Assembly (NCBI GenBank): GCA_964016885.1 | Contig: OZ024743.1 | Coordinates: 153,078,001 to 153,142,000 of the forward strand | DNA: 64,000 nt | Source of the DNA: Eledone cirrhosa | Lineage: Eukaryota | Reading direction: 5' to 3' | Shown: positions 37,200-50,435 of the stretch, piece after piece | Position numbering within the stretch: position 1 is the first letter of the stretch | How the letters are laid out: every line of letters starts with the position of its first letter | Program-made: the position numbers and the translations under genes | The notes under the pieces: generated by a model | Databases searched by the model: none | The model's input: only the letters and a program-made list of their open reading frames with translations | Told to the model about the DNA's origin: nothing

Positions 37200-37542
37200 A
37201 GTATGGTGTTGTTTTCTCCAAGAACTGGTGGCATATGATTTAGAATGTCTTTGAACTGTTCGATTACCCTCCTTATTCTCCTGATTTGGCCCAATCTGAT
37301 TATCATCTTCCCCCCAACATGGTAAAACACTTGACTAGGAAGAAGTATTACAGTGGTGATGATGTCATATCTACTTTTGATGACTTTTTTGTCAGACAGG
37401 ATGAAATCATATTCACCAATGGTACTGCAACATCTATAGAAGAAATGTGTGATTTGGAAGGGGAACTATAGTGAAAAATAAACCACATTTGATCAAATTC
37501 CATGAGAGTATCAACCTATGAACTTTTCAGCTAACTGTCATA
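37200..37542 (+). mobile_element. Mariner transposon 3' fragment
   Basis: YPPYSPDLAQSDYHL (YSPDLAPSDY motif); ends with TIR-like aacctatgaacttttcagctaactgtcata followed by TA. Confidence 0.85.
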
Positions 37543-37545
37543 TAT

Positions 37546-37715
37546 ATCATCATCATCATTGATTAACGTCCATCTTCCACACTAGCATAGCTTAGATGGG
37601 TCCCATTTAGTGGCAAGTTAGGTCGGGTGTCCGTGTCTCGCTCATATAGAGGTGTTTCTGGCTGGTTTTCTACAGCTGGATGTCCTTCCTAATGACAACC
37701 ACATTGACAGTGGTT
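37546..37715 (-). mobile_element. RTE-type 3' end fragment
   Basis: catcatcattgattaacgtccatcttccacactagcat...ttctacagctggatgtccttcctaa. Confidence 0.75.
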
Positions 37716-38029
37716 TTATATATATTAGCGGATGTAAAATGATGATGATGATGATGATGATGATAAACAAGAAATGTAAGTCAGCAGGTTAAAATTAACT
37801 TTGTTTATTCCTATTTGCTATTATATATATATATTAAAGTCTTATGTACTGGACCATGTCCTTTTGAAACATGGCCCTTTCATCAGTTTGTCTGGGCGTT
37901 TGGTCTTGATAACCTTTCATAACTGCCTCAACAAACTGGCATTGTACTCTGCATTGATGGTGTGGCCCTTTTGAAGATATTCTATAACCAAAATGCGAGT
38001 TACAAGTTGGCATAGCTACACATCTGGCC

Positions 38030-38262
38030 ATCTCTCATAACCTTTCAAAGTCTTGAAATTTGTGAAACTGGGATGGGCATATGAGGTGCATGAAGGATAA
38101 CAGGTGTATAATAAGGTGCAAGTCACTTGAGGGTGTAGGGTAACTTGGAAGAGAAAGAACTAGGAAAATGTGGGATGAAATAATAAAGGCTGACCTGGCA
38201 CAGCTGAACCAGTCAGGACCAAGACATTTGGTGCTATGATGTATGACAGAAAACCTAAGTTG
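38030..38262 (+). mobile_element. Old RTE ORF 3' fragment
   Basis: WDGHMRCMKDNRCIIRC..GRERTRKMWDEIIKADL. Confidence 0.7.
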
Positions 38263-39126
38263 ACAATCCAGTTCAGCCAATTCCATAAACTTGACTTGAG
38301 CTCATGAAGGGCCTCCAGCAGTCATGCAATCACAGCCAAAACACGGTCCCACTATGAGTAAATTATGGTACGGCCAAATGGTCAGACCTCTTCCAGGACG
38401 GTATCACCTTGTTCCATGGGCAGACTTGCCTCATAAGTGGGACTACCCAAACACACACACAGTAAACATGATTGGTGTTACAGAAAGCATCCAGCCAATA
38501 CACAGGTCTCACTATGTGTAAGATTCAGCATGGCTAACTAGCCTGACTTTCCTCATAACATGCCTGCAAAGCTCCCAAAATATGGTTCCGCTATGAGCAG
38601 GGTATAGTGCAGCCAACTGGTCACATATACCTCATTATGGGTCCACCCAGCTGCCAAATACAGCTTAACTTATAAGCAGGCTACTGTGTGGCCAACTGGA
38701 CAGGTCACTCTAATAAGGGGACCACCCAGTTTTATGCTCTAAACATGGGTGTTGTTAGGATTTGCATCCATTTGTAAAAAAACAGCCAAAATACAGTTCC
38801 GATTCGGCAAATTATGGTGTAGCAAAATGCCCAGACTCTCCTGCTAACAGAACCACCCAGTTCCATACTATAAAAAATTGTTGGCATTAGGAAGGGCATC
38901 CAGCTGAAAAGAAATGGCCAGAAAGCCATTTGAGCAAAGTTCAGCTGAAATGTATAAACCAACTATCTTTGAAAATCTGTACCTAAGATTACACCATAAA
39001 ATATCTGTGAATGGTCATGACTGGTTCTGTACAATTCTAGAGGTGGGAATAAGTGGAGAACATCTGTAACATTCGTTTTCTTGCCAGTGTTTAAACTAGT
39101 GAAAGTTATGCACATACATACATACA

Positions 39127-39684
39127 AGATGGCTGGAACTCAATTTTGAGTAATGCTATAGCTTGATACTTAAGTATGAGTATCAAGCATGTGGCTTTTT
39201 AATCCTGCTAGGGACTTGCTATGGACAGCAATACAATGCATCACAAAAAAGTCACATATCAAGCGATGCCTGTACTTGAAGCTTTCTTAAGTGAGGAAAG
39301 GCCCTGCACATCCCACTCTCTGAACATCAAATGCATTTGCCCAAAAAGAAGAACTGGTCTACATCATTGGATGCAAATGATGTTACAGGTTTTATATGAG
39401 AGTGACCTTCTCCTAGAAAGATGTTTTAACAAAGGCTAGGAGTTTCTTATTTCCGCACACACACACACACACACACTCACAAAAAAATCTTTATTGGATG
39501 ACCATTGACATGCCTGAGTTCCTCCACCATTTGCCAGGTCTTGTTTTTCATCCCGCAGGGTGTCCAAAGTCACTCTCCTCACCAAGCAAGTTTGGTGGGG
39601 CTGCCAGTTTAGTCGCTGACGACCCTACCATGCACAGGTTATACTGGGTTACATTTTACCAGTAGTGCTGAAGAGTGACCTGAT
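39127..39684 (-). mobile_element. Older non-autonomous bipartite RTE derivative
   Basis: 5' end caggtcactctt..tactggtaaaatgtaacccagta..gcgactaaactggca matches 20696; ctaggagaagg motif; decayed 3' stem-loop. Confidence 0.65.
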
Positions 39685-39699
39685 AAACATACATGCATA

Positions 39700-40042
39700 C
39701 ATGGTAGCTGCCAACTCGTTTTCGAGTACGGCCACTACTTTATATCCATGTAGGAGAACCCCTACCGATGCGCTGAACGAGTATGACTTTTTAGTCCAGC
39801 CAGCGATTTGAAAACTCTGGTACAAACACTACACTTGTGACAATTACTGACACATAGTGCTGGGCCCATGGTACCATGTGACGACAAGTGCAGAGAGATC
39901 TCCAGATATAAAGCAATGCCTGTGCCGTGAAGCTTTTATAGTGAGCAAAGGCACTGCACAAAGCCAGTCCCACTCTCTTAACCAAGATGATATTTACCAA
40001 AAAGAAGAACAAGTCAACATCATTGGATACCATCAGGGTTGC
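39700..40042 (-). mobile_element. 5'-truncated copy of the 17426-17986 element
   Basis: Near-identical to 17426-17772; flanked by CATA repeats. Confidence 0.85.
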
Positions 40043-43000
40043 ATAAATACATACATACATACATACACACAAAATTTCTGAAATTATAAAACCAGAAGAA
40101 CATACATACTTGCATACAAACATATACATGTGTGTCTATGACAGGCTTCCACTGAATATCTCTCACAATATAATGGCAAGCTGGCAGCTTTAGTATAAAA
40201 TCCATGCAATGAAATAATACTCAAACAGTAGGGCTGCAAACCAATCACAGTCATAGCAGTTGTTAAGTGTTTAGTTTACAGTTAATTTCTATCATAACAT
40301 TGGGATATGAATAAAATGTTAGTTTGGATCTACCTAACAAATTTCAAACTAAATAATTCTATCATGCACAGGAATTTTGTCAGGTACCATTTAAGCCAAA
40401 ATAGATTCTAAAGGGAATTCTGATATAATAGGTCTGTTTTTTTTTTAAAAATAAAGGCACAGGAAATAGAAAATAACTGAGAGTGTAAACTTTAGAGGTT
40501 TAGTCTAATATTAATATAGATTCATACCAAATTTAACAGTAAGAGTTAACATCTGTATTCTCTAGATTTCCATTGATATTTCTGTCTTTACAATATTTGT
40601 ATAGTGTCAGCAAAATTGATTTTATTGCTAAGTGCCCGGTGTACGGCTAATCACTTGGTTATGAAGGATGAGCAAAGCTGACTATGAGAACTAGATTCAC
40701 ATGCCTTCCCAGGAAGCACAATACAATATTTGTGGTAAAAATGTTTCTGATGACAACATGTTCTGTTGGCCAATGTTTTAACCTCTCAGCCATTGTGTCT
40801 TGTTTCATAAAAAGCTAAATTTATTTGAAATCTAAAATATATATGAAACATTTGATAGTAATAAATCAATAGACCTTTTAGTAGATTGATTTTGTGTAAG
40901 CAGCAACAGCTATATATTTGCTATGGAATCTGTATAATGTTTGAAAACTGAAGTTATTTGAAAATGTGTGACAAGAAATGGTAGATGTTTGGTTTGAAGC
41001 TGATTTAGTACATCTTAAAGTTGACTGAATATTTCTTTCAACTCAGAGATAAAGTGACTACAAGGAAAAGCATAGAAAACTAATTGCAAATTAGAGAAGA
41101 AAATAAATTTAGTGTGATTACCAAAAACTTAAATATTAATTTACATGCACCTGGATCACCAAAAGACAAAAATAAAATATATTTAACATGGTATGTATGG
41201 CTCCATAACTCCTGATGTAGTCGTAGTGGTACCATATTAACATGCATCATTTCTAGGGTATTTTTAAGCCTGGCGGAGACCATTCCTCTCCAGGCCTATT
41301 TATCATAGTAAAAACACACAAAAAACACTCACAAAATGTCTGTTACATCAACTAATCATAAAAAAAAGAAATGAGCTAATTATGGAACCTCTAAACTGTT
41401 ACTCAAAATAGCAGTGAAACCCCCATTAATATATACCTTACTGTCTTGAAAGAAAAAGGGCTCATTGCACATAGATATCTATAGATATGCACAAATATGG
41501 GATTGTCATGGATGGTATGCTTTTGATTATATGTTAACTCAATCAAAGCTGACCACTGATAATTGACCATCGACTACTCCTTCTCCACCTGCTCCATCAT
41601 CGTTATCGTCATCCTTTCATGTTCATTTGTCTATGCCAGTGTGGGTTTAGTGCATCTGTTTTAGCACATCATCTAATCATTTCTCATAGTTTTCATCATC
41701 TGATTGTTGTTGTATATATCATGTTTCTTTCTTTTTTCATGGATACCCTTGTTATTCCAATCAGTTAATTGCATGGCTGTGTAGATTTTATCATGCCACT
41801 GGCACTAAGAAAGTTGTCTACCAGAATTAATGTGCCATATTGCCTTATCTTCCCATACTACCAGAAAGAGATGGGATGCCTTGATAAAAGGCTGCCTTAA
41901 TCAAGGCTGACATGGGGCCAAAGAACAACAACAACAACAACATCACGGTTAATCATTTATCGGTGAGAAGAGCATATAACAACAATAATGGTTGCTTTAT
42001 TAACATGCATATGTTTAAACATTGTGGAAACCATTTCACTTATGTTAACAGAAAAATGGAAGTAAAAATTGATATATTTTGTGATGACAATTATACAATA
42101 TCAATGAAATGAAGTCTCTCATTCTATTCAAATACAGGATATAGTCGACATCACAGTGTCAGGACTTTTAGAATTATTCTATCTATTTGCACTGTCATTA
42201 TTGAGCCATTAAACAAATTCCCCATCCCTGTCATTATGGTGATACTTATTGAAAGACATAAATGTTTGAGAATTGCTTCTGTTGTTATTATTCTGAACAC
42301 AGAAATAATGTGTATTGACCATATTTTTTTGTTTGCTTTTCACTTTATTGTTTTTGCTTTCTCCCAGGAAATCACAGTTGGCAGAGAAATAGAAAAAAAA
42401 AATCTAGACAACAACATATGCCATTAAATGGTTAGTTTCTCGTGAGTCATGGAATGTGATCTCAAAGAAAATTGATAAAATCATTCTAATGTTTATTTCT
42501 TTTTGACTCAGTAGAAAATATATATAAGAGGAAAAAACAAAAACTAAAAGTATGTGAAACTACATGATAACTCATTTGTGAATAGTCAAGTAACTTTATC
42601 CTTTCAATAGCTGTGAAAAATTATAGATGGTATCAATAGTTAGTAGTTAAAATAAGAATTGTAAGAAATTGAATTTATTTTGCTTCTAGTTTAGAATTGA
42701 TGGTATATTTGCATGCATATTATTTTCATATAAGAGGTTGTTTCATGTTTATAGATTATGTTATATGATGTGTGCTTGGATTAATGTTAATATTCATGCG
42801 GGACTATCAAATGAAACATTTTCAATATTATGTCATTGTTTTTGTATTTAAATAAGCTATCAATTATTTTTTTTCTTAAAATTAAGCTAACAAAATAACA
42901 TTTTGAAACTTAAATTTGAGTGGTTAAGGGTTTAGAAGTACATTCGAGAGTTCATTAATTTGTTTTAAGCATCATGACCAATGGTGGCCTGAAGTACCAT

Positions 43001-44260
43001 TCAAATAATTTCATATTTTAAAAAAACATTCACACTTACACATATAATAGTTTTAGGTAAAAATATATCATTTCCCCAGCTGAACTAAATATCCCAGTGA
43101 ATGCGATTTCCCTCAAGAATAAGAAGAAAGTCATGTTTCTGTTGGTCATATTCCTTATATATCATCATTATCATCATCATCCATTTGTCTATGTATCCAC
43201 ACACACACATGGTTCGGTAATCAACCTGGTGATCTTTGTGACACTGGAATCCTGGAAATCATTTATGCCAACGAACATATTTTAAACAAAAACTCTGGCG
43301 CAATTTTGGTTGTAAACATAAATTGTATAAAACATTTTTATATTACAGCCCAACATTATATCCTAATCGACACTATGCAGATGATATATGTCATGATTTG
43401 ATAGCTATAAACAATCAAAATTTATGCTACGGGATGTCTCACCTATGTTCCTCTTTCTACACTCTCCATCCGTACATATTATGCTATAAATTGCACTCCT
43501 AGTATTGCAGTTATTTGTAGGCATAATTTGCAGACTATACAATTCTTATTAGTGAAGGGGGTTTTCTCAAAAGGATATATTCAACTAATTAAGGCTTATA
43601 TATATATACAACAGGAGGAAACATTATAGTACCACTGATGATGTTGCAGATGTGCAACAAAGGAAATTTGATAGACTATATATATATATATATATCTGTA
43701 TTTTTAACCGTTGGTCAATCAATGATAAACGTTGATTGCCAAATAAATTAACTATGGAGAAATAAAAGATACAGTGGTGAAAACGAACCAAACAGTGAGT
43801 GTCTTCTGTTATTATTTCTGGCAATATTATTACAACAATATGACCCTACCCAAGTATAACAATATATATATATATATATATATGAAAGTGGATGAATATT
43901 TCAACAGGCACTAAGTACTTGTAGAAATATGCAAGGTGTTTATAATATTTGTTGTTCGATGGTACTAATTTGAGATATATATATATATGTATGTGTGTGT
44001 GTGTGTGTGTTTGTGTGTATACATATATATATATATGCATATATAGGTGTGTATATATGTGTATATGCATATGCAGTGCCCGAACATGGCCTCAGCCGGA
44101 TGGCTAGAACAGGTAAAAGAGTAAAATAGTATATATGTATATGTGAGTGTATAATTTTCATGCACTATATTTTTGTTAATATATGCATCCACACTGGTCA
44201 GCACATATATATGAACCTAAATCTGAAAACATTACTATTAATGTTTTCATTATTATTATT

Positions 44261-44625
44261 AGAGGAAAATCAGGGTGGAGAGGGAAGTGCTGCCTTTCAA
44301 CCAGTTTGTTGAAAGGTGGGTGAGAGAGGCAGGCATGGTCCGTGTGTATGGGCCTGCCTTGAGCATACACCTGTAGATTGGAGTAGACAGACTGGGAGAA
44401 GGCACCTTGCCCTAGCAGACAAGGTGACTGCGGCTTTTGTGGGATTTCTACACAAGTGACCCTTAGAGTCTCCTCAACTTTGGGGAAGTTATGTTTGTTT
44501 TAAATGTTTATTTTCTTAGTCTCTTTTATAAATTTGATTTTACACAAGGAAAAACCCACACTGTATTGTCCTGTAACATCTTTAATGTATCTTAATGTGA
44601 GCCCTTTGTAGCTTATAAAGAAATC
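44261..44625 (+). mobile_element. 5'-truncated L1/Tx1-type LINE related to 56274-62168
   Basis: Aligns with 61811-62168 (aggaaaatcagggt.gag..ggaagtgct; actgggaga; ataaagaaa); tcattattattatt on both flanks. Confidence 0.85.
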
Positions 44626-44637
44626 ATTATTATTATT

Positions 44638-44818
44638 GGTAGAGGGTCTGATGCCATGCTTTGCAGCAAAGAGTTATGGCCCTTTATGTTCAAATCCCGC
44701 CGAGGTTAACTTTGCCTTTCATCCTTACGGGGTCGATAAAATAAAGCACCAGTAATACACTGGGATAATTGCTGGCCTTGTGCCCAAAGTAGAAGCAATT
44801 ATTATTATTATTATTATT
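44638..44818 (+). mobile_element. SINE family A with (ATT)n tail
   Basis: Family A body; starts directly after the (ATT)4 that closes the Tx1 fragment. Confidence 0.9.
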
Positions 44819-45361
44819 ACTATTTACCATTATTATCAATCTATAGCTGCAGAAGTAAATATTTTGAAAACGTTACAACCAAATATTGCCTTTAGAAAAT
44901 CAAAAGACTTAATGGTAGCCTGTGAGGACGTTCTCTTGAGATGAGTGAACTATATACATGGAGAATTATATCATTATGGGAAGTGGGAATAACAAATTCT
45001 TGCTATGAAAAAATCAGGAAACAAATATTTTTTATAGAATAGCCAACTTTTTTCCAGCTACCATATATTGAAACTGATCTTAATAGTTGTAAAATGATAA
45101 AGATATTGAAGGTATTAATAATATTTGCTTAGTAGTTTGCCACCTCTACAGCCATTAGGAATCAAACAATGGTGATATTTCCTACTTTATCTATTTCATA
45201 GTTAAGCAATACATGAAGTGATGCAATTTATTGAAAATATTAAAGTATACTCTTCAGCATGATAGCAAATTCTCAGCTTAGTAGAGCAAATCAGAGCCTA
45301 TGTTTTGCTATGCTTCAGTGGCAAACAAAATGACCAACTCCTTGTAACACTGACGCAAAAT

Positions 45362-45625
45362 GTCACAATGGCACTAAAAGTCGATAGAAGCCTAGAAGTG
45401 GGGAGACCCAAGAAGACCTGGGAGGAGGTGATAAAAGCTGATCTTGCCCAATTGCACCTCTCAAGAGTGATGACACAAGACCAAGACCTCTGGTGTTATG
45501 CAGTAATACCGAAGACCCGACTTCCCACGGGTACAAGCCAAAGCTGAAACATATAGACACTATGACTCCACCCCTTCCCAACTGTAAAGTGGTCGTGTAG
45601 GTGTCACAACAAAAAGCACCCAGTC
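45362..45625 (+). mobile_element. RTE LINE 3' fragment
   Basis: LKVDRSLEVGRPKKTWEEVIKADL..TRLPTGTSQS. Confidence 0.85.
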
Positions 45626-45629
45626 TACA

Positions 45630-45904
45630 TTTATCGACCCCATAAGGATGAAAGGCAAAGTTAACCTCGGCGGGATTTGAACTCAGATCATAAAGGGAGG
45701 TAACTCTATATATATAATTGTTTCTACTTTAGGCACAAGGCCAGCAATTACCCAGAGCATTACTGGTACTTTATTTTATCGACCCCGTAAGGATGAAAGG
45801 CAAAGTTAACCTCGGCCGGATTTGAACTCAGAATGGCAAGGGCCATAACTCTATACGTCAAAGCATGCCATCCGACCCTCTACCGATACTGCCAATCCAC
45901 CGCC
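45630..45904 (-). mobile_element. SINE family A: partial copy (45630-45708) plus full copy (45714-45904)
   Basis: Reverse complement of the family A consensus. Confidence 0.9.
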
Positions 45905-46116
45905 CTATATATATAATAGTAGAAGTAGAGGATCTAACATGAGCTAGTTACCTCTTCAAAAGAGAAGAGCTAATAAGCCAAAATGCCGAGCTCATGGTAG
46001 ATCCACTACTTCCACTAATATACAGAACTTTGCATCTTACCATGTATTGAGTACTTCTTTTATTTGTGCTCTTCCTGGTCCAAGTACCAGAGACTATCAA
46101 TATATATATATATATC

Positions 46117-46596
46117 AAGAATTAGAAATAGGACTATCCATCATCAGCGGTCTACTAGCCATCATAGGTATTTCTTATGTTCAAATGAATCATTGACATG
46201 ATTTTCTCATCATTTCCTCTCTTTACGTTGCCTCACCATTCATGTTTGTTTACCTGTCTCTCTTTCTCCACCCAATTCTTTTTATCCCAATAACTTATTT
46301 TAGTTATTGTTCGTGCTAGCCTGGGGTATCTGGTCTTTAATGCAAAGAAATAACTATGAATACCACTGATGATGGAGGGTCCTATTTCTAATTCTTCATT
46401 TTAATTTGTATATCACAATTGCAACAACACAGCATGCTATTTTTCATTCCTATATATATATATATATATATATAGTAATAATAATAAAATTGGAGACTAA
46501 AATCCAATATATATATATATATATAGGAATGAAAAATAGCATGCTGTGTTGTTGCAAATATGATATACAAATTAAAATGAAGAATTAGAAATAGGA
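46117..46596. repeat. Nested foldback inverted repeats around (TA)n
   Basis: 46380-46450 vs 46526-46596 (71 bp, 2 mismatches); 46117-46152 inverted relative to 46353-46394. Confidence 0.9.
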
Positions 46597-47232
46597 ATTT
46601 GTGTAAAGGAATTTATTCCTTTGTTCAAATTTTGAATTTGACTCCTAAAACCGGTGATTACCTCCCTTCGAGAAAACCATGTGCCTACTAGCCGTGTTTA
46701 CTGCTAATAATCACAACCGGGCGGACTAGAATGAAAATTTGTTGACGAAGTAACTTCCACTGTTCTATCTTCCAAAACCAATAACTTGCAGGCGCCTGCA
46801 AGTGGATTTTATCGATTTCGGATTTACAGAAACCTAGCGGAGATATTATATATTATATGTGATATATATTATTTGTTATATATTATGTGTTACATGTTAT
46901 GTGAGGTATCAACCCGATGGTCCAGGTTTGTCATATTTTCCTGAGTTCAGTTTTTTTCTTCGCTTTGGTCACTGCGGCTTGCCTATCGGTTGCTGTCTAA
47001 ACGTAATGTTATAACTCTAAGGTAATATACCTTATTGAGTGCTTAGCTGCACACCCCGATTGCATTCGTTAGCTTTGCTGCAGCCAGAGCTTCGATTATG
47101 CTGTACTAAATTTTGTATATATATATATATATATATATATAGGAACCAGTAAGACCCCGACGGCTGAGCTCAAGCCGTTTCGACGGCTAATTCTGCGTTA
47201 TGGTCCACCTGGTTCCTTACCACATTTCCTTC

Positions 47233-47287
<55 letters not shown>

Positions 47288-47506
47288 TATTATTATGTAA
47301 TAAACAACATAAGGCAATTATTCCATTTACCAGTGGTTTCTTAAAAGCAAAAGGTTTTGCTTTCAATCCTCAGAATGAAAAATCCTGGTTTGTTTATTGA
47401 ATATGGATTCTTAAAACAAAAATGCAATCTATATGAAAGTGAGGCTGGAAAAGGGAGAAGGAAAGGAAAAATAAAATAAAACTACACATGCAAACACACA
47501 CAAAAA

Positions 47507-47561
<55 letters not shown>

Positions 47562-47587
47562 TATATATATATTTATATATATATATA

Positions 47588-47637
<50 letters not shown>

Positions 47638-47663
47638 TATATATATATTTATATATATATATA

Positions 47664-47706
<43 letters not shown>

Positions 47707-48045
47707 GTCTGGATTGGTCATCAGACAAGATGTTATATACGTATCATCCCGTTAAGGGTGAAAGTAGCAATTCTTTGCTTAAACTTTAATCTGTTATTTT
47801 ATTAAATATTTACTCTACGGTTCTTATATATCTGATATATATTTATCCTTATCGAGCCTCTTTGGATTTTAGTCTTCAAATTTATTATTATTACTTTTTT
47901 TTTTTTTTTTTTATTTGTGCTCTGAAATAGCAATGTATATATGAATGTACATATTGTATATTTAATAATATACTGTATGTTTATTTTAAAACATTTTGAA
48001 TTTAAGGTAGTGATTAACGTCACATACCTAGCTTCAACAAAAACA

Positions 48046-48106
48046 AAGGGAAATAACCGACGATCGTTTCTCACTTTTTACTGGTTATCAAGGTCATATA
48101 TCCCTT
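48046..48106 (-). ncRNA. Decayed type I hammerhead relic
   Basis: Minus strand: aaggga..atgacc TTGATAA cca..tga GAAA cgatcg TC ggttat.tccctt; palindromic stem III acgatcgt, triplet GUC; two core transitions; host element has 36-bp inverted ends (47951-47986 / 48278-48313). Confidence 0.55.
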
Positions 48107-48352
48107 ATTTTTGTTGTGAGTTGTAGATGCTGCATTCTTATAGAATTCCAATTATGTTATTGAGCTGTTTAAACTCATTAACATACAGAGTGGTTACCGG
48201 CCCAGCAACAATTAGAAATTTGTATGTGACGTTAGTCCCTACCTTAAATTCCTAACAAAAAGCCTTCAACATGTATTAAATAAACATACTGTATATTATT
48301 AAATATACAATATTTGTATATATATATATATATATATATATTGTTATATTTT

Positions 48353-48384
<32 letters not shown>

Positions 48385-48601
48385 ATATTAGTGGTGGTAC
48401 TACAAGAAAATGAACCCAGTACAAGCTGTGAAGTGGTTTGCACTAGGAATGGCATCCAGCCATAGAAAGAATGCCAAAATGGAATGTAAGAGCAAGACAC
48501 ATTACATTTGTTTGACCTGCATGTCGAGCCACAGTGGTGACAAACCATCTAACCAAGATGATGATTATCAAAGTGTGTTTGTGTATTATCTCTCTCTCTT
48601 G

Positions 48602-48658
<57 letters not shown>

Positions 48659-48682
48659 TCTCTCTCTCTCTCTATATATATA

Positions 48683-48718
<36 letters not shown>

Positions 48719-49593
48719 TATATATTGACACAATATGAATATGTATTTAAAAATACAATTATATGAATATGTGGGTGTGTGGGTGTTTGTGTATGTGCGT
48801 GTGTATGTATTATGTGTGCATATGTATGTACTAATGTATAGGAAGAGCAAATGTGTGAGCAGCTTAGTAAACCAAACTGAAAATGGACAGGAAATTTTCA
48901 TCACAGATTCTGAAATTCACATTTGTATGGCAGGAAACCATTAGGCAGTTATATATCAGAATACTCATAGAAATTCAAATAAAGGAAGTAATATTTATTT
49001 AATTCCCTTTTACACTAACACTCACACACTTACCATTTACATGAGTGTGCACACACACATTCATACACTTGTTTGCAAGCATCTACTTACACTTACCACA
49101 GGAGCATATGAAAATCCATACAGACACAGAAATAAACAGACATACATATCTAGACTTATATACACAAACAGTAACACATACACATATTATACACCCTCAC
49201 ATGAGCAATTAAGAAGTATAGTTTGCCCTCTTGTATATATAATGTATACTGTCTGAGTTATAAACACACAATGAAGCAACAAAATTACATGTGTTTTCAC
49301 TAGTGAAACAAATTATACATAAATTGCTACATATGCGTACACACAGCTACTAAGGTGTATAGATCTCTCTTTCTCTTTCTCTCCTACTCTTTCACTGTTC
49401 CACCCTCTCTCTCTCTTTTTTTATATATATATACACCTAAAGATATATATATATATATATGCATCTATAAATTCATACTTACATAGATGCAAACACACAG
49501 CTAAATATGCATAGATTCATATATAGTATATTATATATGCATGTGTGTGCGTATGTTTGTGTATTTATATAAAACTAAAACGTTGTAAATAAT

Positions 49594-49778
49594 TGTTTCT
49601 ACTTTCGGCACAAGGCCAGCAATTACCCAGTGTATTACTGGTACTTTATTTTATCGACCCCATAAGGATGAAAGGCAAAGTTAACCTCGGCGGGATTTGA
49701 ACTCAGAATGGCAAGGGCCGTAACTCTTTGCTTCAAAGTGTGGCATCCGACCCTCTACCAATCCACCGCCAATCCACC
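49594..49778 (-). mobile_element. SINE family A with 19-bp TSD
   Basis: ctaaaacgttgtaaataat at 49575-49593 and 49779-49797. Confidence 0.95.
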
Positions 49779-50435
49779 CTAAAACGTTGTAAATAATGTC
49801 AGCTGTTCCCAAGTGATATAGTGGTCTGTTCATATTACTGACCAATTAGATACAACCTAATTTACATAAGAGCTAATTTGACTCAGCTGCATTAGAGAAG
49901 AGGGTCATGGCAATGGTGATGGCGGGTAGGGATGATGACAAAAGAGATAATGATGATAATCATGATGATGGTAATAGTGCTGTTATTGATCCTTATAATG
50001 ATGATCATGATAAGGCTGTAACGAGTTTGCTGTTTGTATGGTTGAATTGTTGTTGTGGTTCCTGTTATTATTGTTTCGCCCTTGGTCAGCTATGGCGCAG
50101 CAGACCTATGATCTAAAACATTACATTCATTTTAGGAATGTGTAGTACCACATTATCTAATAGCCTTCCCCATATTTAAAAGAGCATGGTATGATTTGCA
50201 AGAAATTTGCTTGCTATTTCTAGCTGGTTTAGTGACCATGTAGAGGCTACTTTGCTGGCTCTAGTTTGTGTGGTATGGGTGGTGCTTAAGTATTTCAAAA
50301 ATTGAAATAGTGTGTACATTACTGTGAATAGTAACCACTTATGAATGAATTAGCTACTCAGATCAGTTGTAGATCACCAGACCTATTATCACAAACGTCA
50401 CTGATCATCCCATTTTTTATTCTAGCATCTTAGAT

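Noticed and set aside
40747-40772. CTGATGA followed by the hairpin caaca/tgttg
   Set aside because: Followed by GCCA rather than GAAA; no stem III
43634-43662. CTGATGA t gttgca gatg tgcaac aaag
   Set aside because: Good stem II but GAAA is altered and there is no stem I partner; partial relic at best
46353-46385. CTGATGA tgga..tcc in the foldback arms
   Set aside because: Both copies continue tatttc with no GAAA
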